Of a DNA stretch of 64,000 nt, positions 49,288 to 61,400 are shown piece by piece (positions within the stretch are counted from its first letter, which is position 1; each line of letters begins with the position of its first letter). The stretch covers positions 13,534 through 77,533 of the forward strand of contig NIVC01001691.1 of the NCBI GenBank assembly GCA_002269645.1, written 5' to 3'. The notes beneath the pieces are model-generated. The model did no database searches, was not told the DNA's origin, and saw only the letters and a program-made list of their open reading frames with translations. This DNA comes from Macrostomum lignano (Eukaryota). Both the position numbers and the translations under genes were made by a program.

Positions 49288-52200
49288 AAGAGTGTACATT
49301 TAACATAGCTGCTCCAACTGAACAAGCTTTAGTCTTGAATTTGAACGGTTTTCATAAACTTTATAAGTATTTTTTACTATTTTAACAAAGCAATATGAAT
49401 TTTTATCATAAATGCTAATAAAAAGACTCGCTAGCAAACAAAAACAGTAAAAATACTAAAAGTATACATGTTCTTTACTCTGTATAAGCAATATAAAGGG
49501 CTCGTTAAATCGTGTTTTCTTGCACACACCTTAGGATTTAAACTGCGAAGTGCAACAGTTAAAATTCCTCGCGTGACTCATCATCGATTTTTTCCAGCGA
49601 ACACCAATATGATTCAGTCGTTTAATATTTACCGCCAATATTTTTCGCTGTAAGTTTACAAAATCAATATTTTAAACCAAATGGTTCGTTCTTTGTTTTT
49701 TAATACATTGAAATGTTATTAAGGCAAAAAAATCTGCATTAGCCTAACAACAACAGCAGACATTTGTGGCACAAACAAATAATTACAGTCAGTGTAGGGT
49801 ACTATTGATTTAGTAAAATAGGTAGACCTAAAAAGTGAAACTGCTTTATATGGCTTAAATTATTGTTATTTAATTTAAAACAATTATTTGTAGCTCTGTG
49901 TGTTATGAGAGAAGATATAGTTATGGATCATGTAATTTTTACAAAGTCAAGTTTGTCTTAGTCAATTTTGTCTTTTTCTGATAAACAGCATAGAATAGAC
50001 TAGAGTATTTATTTTGGTTCTAATAAGTATTTAAATTTCAATTGAAGATACAAATTTTTTATGGTATTTTTTCATAAAGTTAATGTTAATTATGTTAATA
50101 ATGTTAATAATATTAATAATGTTAAAGTTAATTATATAAAAAATAAGTTGTATACAATATTTATTAGTGGCAGATCTAGAAATTTTTTTAGGGGGAGGGG
50201 GCAAGCTAGGCAGTTGTTATTTGCACATCACCATATAAATATTTCCCATGTTATTTACATAGTAGGCCTACCTGAAAAATACCTTATAAATAGTTATCTT
50301 ATTTATATTAGGAACTACTCAATACTTACCATAGGCCTAGTCTAAAGCCAAATGTGGCCTTTATGCAGGAATTTTCTGGCATATTTTTGCTCTTGCTGCC
50401 AATCTTTGCCTACACTTGGCGTATAGAATTTTCAGGTTCAACATGAAGTGTAGGCCTACACAGTTGGCATACAAAAAATAGTCAAGTTCAAGGCTAATGT
50501 AATTGTGTAGTTAAATATTATTATCAACCAACATCAATAAGCTCTTTAAAAATAATTGGAAACTAAAATAGAAAAATATTAATGCAATCACGAGATAAAC
50601 TAAATTAAAATAAAGAATATTAGTTTTTAGCAAAAACTGCCATTTTAAAGTTGAGTAAAACTTTTAAATTCCTAAAAATATATATTCTTTAAAAAAGTGG
50701 TGTATAAACAATTTTGGGCTTGGTGTAAAATTTTTTTAATTTTACATCAGTGTAAAATTGAAAAAAACATTTTTTCATTCTAGTGTATGCCTGCCATGAT
50801 CTGGACTATAGAATATTGGTTATCATTGTTTCGTCTGCCGCCAGTTCGTCTACAAAAATACAATGCAATCTTTTTGTCTTCTTAAGACTAAGTACAATGC
50901 CAGTACATATAATGTTGAAGATAAATATCTCTATATCTTAAAAGTTCTTATAGGGAAGATAACAAACTCATTACGTTAGAAGCATCTAAAAAAATATTTT
51001 CTCAAAGGGACCCATAGTATACACCATATACACGTATACTAAATTTTTGTTTGTTATATAAATTTTGTAAGCTGAATAATTGTTCATAATGAAAATGCAT
51101 CATCATTGGATGGGGTCATAACAATGCTTATAACAGCTGGCCAATTGTATTCAACAATGAACTCTGCCTCTACCTTCAATATTCGTAATTGCAGCTTCCA
51201 TCCTATATAAAAGTTCTTTTTTAATGGATGTTTAAAATTGATAAATCTTTGAAATAATGTGATAAACAAAATTACGCTTAGAAAACTGACATTCCACTTT
51301 ATCTTTTTTGCACAACTCGCAGTATTTAAATATAAAAAATTAGCTTTACTAGCTATGAAGCTATACCTTAACTTTTTTCTTAAAAAGTCGTTTCCTCTGA
51401 CGGCAGACAAAATGACCGCACACCAGAATATTTATCCCTGGATCTTTTCTTTGTATAATGAGTTTTTTAATTAACTAAAGTCAGTAGATAGAGTTTAGAT
51501 GTGATTTATTATATAGCTTAACATTTTTTTGGCTCATATTATTTATACAGTACCATGCAAATAACAAGTGCCAACAAGCTATACCAAACACTATAATCTA
51601 ATAATATTATTGGAAAATAGACCTTGCATAATTACAAAACAAGAAAGTATAATGCAATATTTTTGTCTATAACTGCAGTAAGGTCATGGCCCCCTTTTCT
51701 TGGATTCATCCCTATTAGTATTATTATTAAAATATTTATATAAATAGACTACTTTTAGCATTAATGCAATTTTTCAATTAAAACCAATTTGCTATACCAT
51801 AGTCAGGATCATAGCAGGCATGTAATAGAATGAAAGTCTTAGTTTTTGGCTCTATGATAATATAAATTATTAGAATTATTATAAGAATAAAGTGGTTTAA
51901 TCTTAAAAGTATTCTAAATTTTGTCATTTTTTCTTTACAAAATGTAAATATAGTACTTAAAAGTATTAAAAGAATCAATTAGACTTACTTTTTTAATTAT
52001 AAACCTAGTTTTTTACTTCTAAATAATAGACAATATTTAAAAGACAAGGGTTTTATAAGGATTTCTAGCAAAGCTCTTCTTTAACAGTTTAAGAGATATT
52101 TAACAGTATTAGGCAACATTTAGTGGTAGAGATTAGGTGGTATTTGTCTTTTCTTAATATAAAAACATTGGCATGCAAAGAATAGAGATCAAACTTTGTA

Positions 52201-52347
52201 GGTCTCTAGGATGCTATGGTTATATTCTTTAAGCTTTGTTGCTGCTATAAATTGCTAGATTCCAAAATCAAAAAAGTTAAACTTTCTTTATACTTTCAAC
52301 ATTACCCACAGGTAATAATGCCCTAAGTAACCTGTTATGCTGCCGAT

Positions 52348-52449
52348 ATGACACTAAAAAAAGTGGAGAATGGCGTAGGCAGCATCCGCCATGACGCGGA
52401 GGACATTGAACTGGCCGAGATACTCAACCAGGGCCAGGACGATGAATCT
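52348..52449 (+). CDS. ATP13A3: ATP13A3-like exon 1
   Basis: MTLKKVENG...[10 protein letters not shown]; in-frame TAA at 52324 upstream; GTAAGT donor. Confidence 0.85.
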
Positions 52450-55400
52450 GTAAGTGTGGCATAAGTATTTAAGTTTTTTATAGCTAGATTCATAGATACA
52501 AAATAAGCCAAGAGTTGGTGTCAAGCTCTCTAGTGAATTATTGACTTGTAAACCCTATCACAATGTGCCAGGTGGAGTTGCAAATCCGGAATTTTTCCTT
52601 GGTTATGAGGGGGGATAGCTGACCCCTTGACCCTTTTGAAACTTCCTTTGGATCTAGCTCTGGTCACTAGTGACCGGCTCAAGGGGGGTCTGTTGACCTC
52701 CAATCTAGATCCGTCATTAGTGACTGGCTCAAGGGGGTCTGTTGACCTCCAATCTAGATCCGTCATTAGTGACTGGCTCAAGGGGGTCAGTTGACTTCCA
52801 ATCTAGATCATGTCAGTAGTGACTGGCTCAAGGGGGGTCAGTTGACCTCCAATCTAGATCATGTCAGTAGTGACTGGCTGAAGTGGGGTCAATTGACCTC
52901 CAATCTAGATCATGTCAGTAGTGACTGGCTGAAGCGGGGTCAATTGACCTCCAATCTAGATCCATCATTACACAAGTGACTGCACAAATTCTCTGTACAG
53001 TTACCAATGCCAAGAATTTCTTTGCCTATTTATTAAACATCATTTCTTAATATTTACTAATGTAGCAGAAACAGTTTTTCTCTTTTTTGGTTATTAACTG
53101 TTTTCTAATAACCGCTTTATAATGCAGAGAATTTTGGGCTACCGTCGAAACCCAGCAAAAATTGTTTTGGTCTATATTGGCTATGTTACTAGTGCGTTCC
53201 TGCTGCGCTTGTTGTTCCACTGGCTGCCCGAGCTGCACGTACGATGCACTCACGACAGGTGCAGCCTTGATCTGGCCGATAAAGTTGTTGTCAAGGCGAG
53301 TATTTATTTTTTGTTTTCTAACCGGTATTGATCTTAATAATAATATAATAATGAAAATCTAAATAAACCTTGTCTTTGGTATATCAAATCTTAATCTTCT
53401 GTTCATTTAGCTTAATATTGGTTCCTTTTTGACTGACTGGGATTCCTCTGGTTGGGATTTCACTGATTGGGATTCCTCTGGGTGGGATTTCACTGATTGG
53501 GATTCCTCTGGTTGGGATTTCACTGATTGGGATTCCTCTGGATGGGATTTCACTGATTGGGATTCCTCTGGGTGGGATTTCCCTGATTGGGATTCCTCTG
53601 GGTGGGATTTCACTGACTGGGATTCCTCTGGGTGGGATTTCCCTGATTGGGATTCCTCTGGGTGGGATTTCCCTGATTGGGATTCCTCTGGGTGGGATTT
53701 CCCTGATTGGGATTCCTCTGGGTGGGATTTCCCTGATTGGGATTCCTCTGGGTCGGATTTCCCTGATTGGGATTCCTCTGGGTGGAATTTCCCTGATTGG
53801 GATTCCTCTGGGTGGGATTTCCCTGATTGGGATTCCTCTGGATGGGATTTCACTGACTGGGATTCCTCTGACGAATTATTTAACTTTTTCCCCAACATTT
53901 TAGGACCAGTATGGCCAGCTCTTTGTTCACGATGTTCAAATGATGACAAAGAGCGGAGCAAGGTAAGGCCTTTAATTAATTTAGTGTACGATTGATCTGA
54001 TTTAAATTTTCTACAAAGGATCATACTAGATTCTAGCATTACTGTGACAATTCATACCAGTTATAACTGGCTTCTGTCACCCTGCAATCAAGTACACATT
54101 GCCACCGCTTCAGCACGAGTCTTTTTTAAATTCTCCTTGATTGTATGCATGCAAAATAGATTTAGGCTATTCTCGGGCAGTTTAAAATCTGGCTCAATTC
54201 CCATTATTGTATCCATAAAAACTCAGGAGCTGACTGACTCAATTTTTTCTAGCTGTTCAATTCTCACGCTTAGTGAAGGCTTGCGCCCCTATGTGTGTAA
54301 GCTTGTACTGTATAGATTGTGTATGTGTTTAATCACAGCTGGAGAAAGCACCAAGTACCGGTGCTACTATTTGTTATCAAATGCATTTTGTTTTTTTAGT
54401 AATAAATATAGTTATGATTGCGTAGTAAATTAGTATCAAAAATATAGATTCAATTCCACTATAACCAAAATAGCCAAAAATAGCCCCCCTTCTCTCCTCT
54501 CCCTTCTCCTTCCCCTCTCCTCTCTCCTCTTCTTTCTTCTCTCTCCTCTCCTCTCCTCTCCTCCCCTCTCCTCTCCTCCCCTCTCCTCTCCCTTCTTCCT
54601 CTCTCCTCTCCTCTCCTCTCCTCTCCTCTCCTCTCCTCTCCTCTCCTCTCCTCTCCTCTCCTCTCCTCTCCTCTCCTCTCCTCTCCTCTCCTCTCCTCTC
54701 CTCTCCTCTCCTCTCTCCTCTCCTCTCCTCTCCTCTCCTCTCCTCTCCTCTCCTCTCCTCTCCTTTCCCCCTCTCCTCTCCTCCCCTATCCTCTCTCCTC
54801 TCCTCTCCTCTCCTCTCCTCCCCTCTCCTCTTCTCTCTTCTCTACTCTTCTTTCCTCTCTCCTCTTCTCTCTCCTCTCCTCTTCCTCTTATAATCTCAGT
54901 AAATTAGTGAAGCTGAACACCAATAAAAAATCGGCCTCACCGCAGGGTCCGCCTTTTGAGGCGCAGTCGGGCCGGCCTCAACCAGTGCCTGCCCGATGAG
55001 CACGCCACCGACGAAACTACCGGCAGTGCCACCCCCCTGCTGGACCCGTTCAGTGTAAGATGTCTGGCATCTTCTGAGTTTCTTGCTTTATAGAATTCAT
55101 CGATGCAGCCAGACTTTGTAGCTCTTACAATTTCATAATAAAAATAGCAATGATAAACAAACTTAATTCTTATCTGTCTACATCTAGTAACTCTGATGAT
55201 CTGATGAATTTGCCTACTCAGGAGGACTCGCTGACGCGTTACTTCTTTCATAAGAAGCTCAAATACGTGTGGAACTCTGACCAGCAGCTGTTCGTTAAGA
55301 TTGAGTGAGTTGTACTTTCTATTGGCGCCCTCCAGATCCTCAGTTTCTGGGTTACTGGTAGCCTCCCAGATCCTTAGTTGCTGGGCCAGCGTTCCAGATC

Positions 55401-58400
55401 CTCAGTTGCTAGGCCAGCCTCCCAGATCCTCAGTTGCTAGGCCAGCGTTCCAGATCCTCAGTTGCTGTGCCACTCTTTCAGATCCTCAGTTGCTGTGCCA
55501 CTCTTTCAGATCCTCAGTTGCTGTGCCACTCTTTCAGATCCTCAGTTGCTGGGCCAACTTCCAGATCCTCAGTTGCTGGGCCAGCCTCTCAGATCCTCAG
55601 TTGCTGAGCCAGCCTCCCAGATCCCCAGTTGCTGGGCCAGCTTCCCAGATCCTCAGTTGCTGGGCCAGCCTCCCAGATCCTCAGTTGCTAAGCCAGCCTC
55701 CCAGATCCTCAGTTGCTGGACCAGCCTTCCAGATCCTCAGTTGCTGATCTAGCCTCCCAGATCCTCAGTTGCTAAGCCAGCCTCCCAGATCCCCAGTTGC
55801 TGATCCAGCCTCCCAGATCCTCAGTTGCTGCACCGCCTAACCTACAGACGCCTCGGACGCCTACCTAGCAGCTCAGGTCCACTCCTCACATTGCATGACC
55901 CCTTGACCCCCCCTCCCGCAGAGTATTCGTGGACACGCCCTGCTCGTTCTTCCACCACACGGCCGGCCTCACGGAGTCGGACGCGGCCAGGCACCGGGTC
56001 AGATTCGGCGAGAATCGAGTCAATATCCCGCTCACCCCCATACCTAAACTGTTCGCCGTCAAGGTTAGCACCAGTTGCTTGGTTTTTGCCAACTTTTCGG
56101 GGATATAAGCGATTTTTAAGCGATAATCATCCTTAAACAAATTGCAGGCCTTGCATCCGTTTTATCTGTTTCAATTGTTCAGCGTTATCCTATGGTTTAA
56201 CGATGAATACGAGATGTACGCGTCTTGCATTGTGGTCATCTCTCTGCTGTCCCTGTCTCTGTCCGTGTTTGAGACCGCTAGGGTGAGGAAATCTTTATTT
56301 GCATTCATATAATGCTTGCTAATTAGGCATTGATCTGGCTGGGGCTGTTGTCTATCATGGTATCGAATTTAATGAATTCTATTGAGCAGGATTAGGTTAC
56401 CGCGTCTTCTTTAGTTTGTGTACTTTTAGGTTTGTACTTTTAATAGACAGGGCGGTGAGTGAATGAGATGGGCTGAGAGTGAATAAGACGGAGGTGAAAG
56501 TGAATAAGACGGCTGAAAATTAATGAGACGGGTGTGAGAGTGAATGAGACAGGGCTGAGAGTGCATGAGACAGGGCTGAGACTTAATGAGACGGAGGTGA
56601 GAGTGAATGAGACGGGGCTGAGACTTAATGAGACGGAGGTGAGAGTGAATGAGACGGCTGAGAGTGAATAAGACGGAGGTGAGAGTGAATAAGACGGAGG
56701 TGAGAGTGAATAAGACGGCTGAAAATTAATGAGACGGGTGTGAGAGTGAATGAGACAGGGCTGAGAGTGCATGAGACAGGGCTGAGACTTAATGAGACGG
56801 AGGTGAGAGTGAATGAGGCGGGGCTGAGACTTAATGAGACGAAGGTGAGAGTGAATGAGACGGCTGAGAGTGAATGAGACGGGGCTGAGAGTGAATGAGA
56901 CATGGCTGAGAGTGAATGAGACGGCTGAGAGTGAATGAGACGGCTGAGAGTGAATGAGACGGGGCTGAGAGTGTAGGAGACGGGGATGAGAGTGAATGAG
57001 ACGGGGATGAGAGTGAATGAGACGGAGGTGAGAGTGAATGAGACAGGGCTGAGAGTGAATGAGACGGAGGTGAGAGTGAATGAGACGGAGGTGAGAGTAA
57101 ATGAGACAGGGCTGAGAGTGAATGAGACAGGGCTGAGAGTGAATGAGACAGGGCTGAGAGTGAATGAGACGGGGCTGAGAGTGTCTTATTCACTGGGAGA
57201 GTGAAGAGTGAATACTCGTAGCGGAGCACAATGTATGTTATTGCAAACGCAAGTGTATAATATTAGTTAAATGGAAGCCCTGCTGACGCAAGAGAACGAT
57301 ACATTGCTGTCATATAGGCTATTGGCGCAAGTTAAACATTTGCTTAGTTATATAAGTTTTAAGTTATTAGCGAGCCTCAGGCAGCCACTCGCCAGCTGAT
57401 CAGAAGTGACTATCTGATAAAGCTGTTATCAGCAAAGCTTTAGCAATCTTTCCAAGGCTCAAATGTATTACAGTGTCTCAATACAGTCTTTTACCCTTTC
57501 GGCTCTTTATTTTGCAGAACGAGCGCAATCTTCGCAAAACGTTGGTATCATCTAATGAGATCTGCGTTGCCCGCGGTTTAGACAGTAAGCAGTGGACTGT
57601 CTGTTCAATTTTTTATTAAAGAGTCTGCGGCTTGCACTTTGTCTAGTTCATTGGATGTTTAATAATGAAAGACCCAGATCCAGATGCTTTTTAAAACATT
57701 TTCAGGCAGTTAGGCTTGTGTGTGACGGAAAGAAGGATTCATTGTAATAAGTAGGGGAGCGGAGAGGCAGATTCAGTAGCAGATTGCAAGCGGAGAGGCA
57801 GATTCAGTAGCAGATTGCAAGCGGAGAGGCAGATTCAGTAGCAGATTGTGAGCGGAGAGGCAGATTCAGTAGCAGATTGTGAGTGGAGAGGCAGATTCAG
57901 TAGCAGATTGTAGGCGGAAGAGGCAGATTCAGTAGCAGATTGTAGGCGGAGAGGCAGATTCACTGATTCAGTAGCAGATTGTAGGCGGAATGGCAGATTC
58001 AGTAGCAGATTGTAGGCGGGGAGGCAGATTCAGTAGCAGATTGCAAGCGGAGAGGCAGATTCAGTAGCAGATTGTAGGCGGGGAGGCAGATTCAGTAGCA
58101 GATTGTAGGCGGGGAGGCAGATTCAGTAGCAGATTGTAGGCGGAGAGGCAGATTCAGTAGCAGATTATAGCAACGCAAGCCCTATCCCCGCAGACTACGT
58201 ATCCATCAACTCGGACCTGCTCGTACCCGGAGATGTAATCGAGATTCCCAAAGGCGGCTGCGTGATGCAGTGCGACGCTGTGCTGGTCTCCGGCAACTGC
58301 ATCGTGAACGAGAGCATGCTCACTGGCGAGAGTGTCCCGGTGCTGAAGACTCCGCTGAGCGCGGCCGAGTCCGGGCCCATCAGCACCCGCGATCACAACA

Positions 58401-61400
58401 AGAACGTGCTGTTCTGCGGCACTCACGTCATTCAGACGCGTTTCGTAGAAAGTGGCCGAGTTCGCGCTGTGGTTCTTCGGACAGGATTTGCCACAGCCAA
58501 AGGCGAAATGGTCAGATCGATTCTGTTCCCTAAGCCGATTGAGTTCAAATTCAATAAGGACATTGTGCATTATCTGATTGTGCTCAGCCTGTTCGCTTTG
58601 GCCGGGTTCATCTATACTATAGTGCTCATGCTGCACAGGGATTATCCCGTGGGAAAGATCATGCTCAGGGCGCTGGATCTGATCACTATTATAGTACCGC
58701 CAGCTCTGCCAGCCGCTATGACAGTAGGCATTGTGTTTGCCCAGACTCGACTGCGCAAGGCTAACATATTCTGCATCGCTCCGAATACTATTAATATCTC
58801 TGGCGGCCTCAATGCCGTGTGCTTCGACAAGACTGGCACCCTGACTGAGGACGGCTTGGACTTGTGGGTGTTGTCCCCGTTGAGGAGCGGAGATTCCAGG
58901 TGAGGACTGCTTGTTTTGTCCTCTATTGTCTGTCTGTCTGCCTTAGTGTCTGTGTCTGTCTGTCTGTCTGTCTGTCTGTCTGCGTGTGTCTGTATCTGTC
59001 TGTCTGTCTGTCTTAGTGTCTGCCCGCCTGTCTGTCTGTCTGTCTGTATACATTTTTGTCTGTCTTAGTATCTGTCTATTTGTCTGTCTTGTCCGTCTGT
59101 CTGTCTGCCTGTCTGTCTCTCCATTCAGTGTTTATCCTCTCTATTAGGGTCTATCCCTTCAGTCTGTTCTCTCTATCAGTGTCTGCCTCTAGTGTGTGTT
59201 CTGTCTCTTCTCTCTCTCCCCATTTTATGTCCTCTTACTTTTCCTCTCACTCCTCTCACTTCTCTACCTCCCTTATCCTTCATCTCCACGATCTCAATCA
59301 CATCTGTCGTATCTCCCTCACCCCTTGGCCGCCGCAGAGCCCCAACCCGGAGCCGCACAGTCTGCCGTCTCCATCCCCTCTGCTGGAGGCCATGGCCGTG
59401 TGCCACACCCTCACCAGAATACGCGGCGAACTATCCGGCGATCCTCTGGACTTGAAAATGTTTCAAGGCACCCGTTGGGTACTGGAGGAGCCCGAGCAGG
59501 ATGACTATCGCAAATTCGACCAGCTGGTGTCCACAGTTGTCCGGCCGCCCGGCTCCGAACCGGTGGACAACATTGACAGCATCGATCCTGACCGGCTGCC
59601 CTACCAGCTGGGCATCATCCGTCAGTTTCCGTTTAGCTCCAGCCTGCAGCGAATGTCTGTAGTGGCCAGACGACTTGGCGCCGATCATTTTACTGCCTAC
59701 GTGAAAGGCTCACCAGAGATGGTGCAAGCCTTGAGTAGGCCGGACTCGCTGCCTGACAGGTTCAGCGAGCAGCTGCTGCACTATACTAGACAGGGCTATC
59801 GGGTGCTGGCTCTGGCCTACAAACCGCTGCGGGTCAGCTATCTCAAGGTAGGCCCCGGAGCTTGGGACCGGAAGTGAATTCCAGAATCTTCATTATATTA
59901 AGGATTTAACCGGAAGTAGATTCAACTACACGCGGATTAAGCTACATTTGGTTAAGGATTTAACCGGAAGTGGATTTATCTTCATTATATTAAGGAGTTA
60001 ACCGGAAGTGAATCAGCTACGAGCGTACATTGGACCAAGAATTTAACCGGAAGTGGATTTATCTACATTGGGTTAAGGATTTAACCGGAAGTGAATCAGC
60101 TGCATTGGATTAAGGATTCAACCGGAAGTGGATTTAGCCACATTGGATTAAGGATTTAACCGGAAGTGGATTTATCTACATTGGATTAAGGATTTAACCG
60201 GAGGTGGATTTAGCCACATTAGATTAAAGGATTTAACCGGAAGTGAATCAGCTGCATTGGATTAAGGATTTAACCGGAAGTGGATTTAGCTCAGAGTCAG
60301 AAGAAACTAAATAGCAACCCCCACTCCAACCCAATCCAGGTGCAAAAGCTGGCCCGAGAGTCCGTGGAGCGCGACCTAATATTCCTTGGCCTGTTAGTGA
60401 TGGAGAACCGGCTGAAGCCGCAGACCACCCTGGTCATTCACCAGCTGTTGAACGCGTCAATCCGGCCTGTTATGGTCACTGGGATAATATCCTCACGGCG
60501 TTGAGTGTTGCCAGGACTGCGATATGATTGGCGACAGGGACGCTGTTATCCTGGTCCAGGCCACGCCTGCTCAGCCGCCATTTCAGGTTTGCTATTATTT
60601 AGTTTCTTAAATTATTATTTTTTTGGCAAGGGAGCGGCAACAGTCCCACTGACCAGTTTTGTGCCAATGTAGCGTAGTGGGTGAGATTATAGCGCCTTAG
60701 TTGAGAATCTAGCCCCAGTTTAGCTCCGTAGGTGAGTCTAGCGCCAATTTAGCGCCTTAGATGCGGGTAGCGCCGTAGGGGAGTCTAGCGCCAATTTAGC
60801 GCCTTAGATGAGGGTGGCGCCGTAGGTAAGGTTCTAGCGCCAATTTAGCGCCTAAGATGGGGGTAGCGCCGTAGGTAAGGTTCTAGCGCCAATTTAGCGC
60901 CTAAGATGGGGGTAGCGCCGTAGGTAAGGTTCTAGCGCCAATTTAGCGCCTTAGATGAGGGTGGCGCCGTAGGTAAGGTTCTAGCGCCAATTTAGCGCCT
61001 AAGATGAGGGTGGCGCCGTAGGTAAGGTTCTAGCGCCAATTTAGCGCCTAAGATGAGGGTAGCGACGCAGGTAAGGTTCTAGCGCCAATTTAGCGCCTAA
61101 GATGAGGGTAGCGACGCAGGTAAGGTTCTAGCGCCAATTTAGCGCCTAAGATGAGGGTAGCGACGCAGGTAAGAGTCTAGCGCCAATTTAGCGCCGCAAA
61201 CTAAACTTTTTAGCACCCCTCCTATTTCATGGTGTCTGTTGAATTTTTGTGTGCACTTTTAATAGCGAGGATCTGGGTTAATGCATAAATTATTCAAATG
61301 CTTTACTTAGTTTTTCTAATCTAATCTCATAAAACATGGCTGCACTTGCCTATACTGATAAAACTGAAATCACGCAGTAGAACTTTGACCTGTAGAAATA

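Noticed and set aside
53407-54039. DWDSSGWDF and [10 protein letters not shown] repeat ORFs
   Set aside because: They come from the 30-bp intronic array in ATPase intron 2.
59338-59340. Rescue of the exon 9 frameshift through a GAG acceptor at 59339
   Set aside because: GAG acceptors are rare, the upstream CAG would be reached first, and adding one G restores the conserved DLWGVVP..RF sequence.
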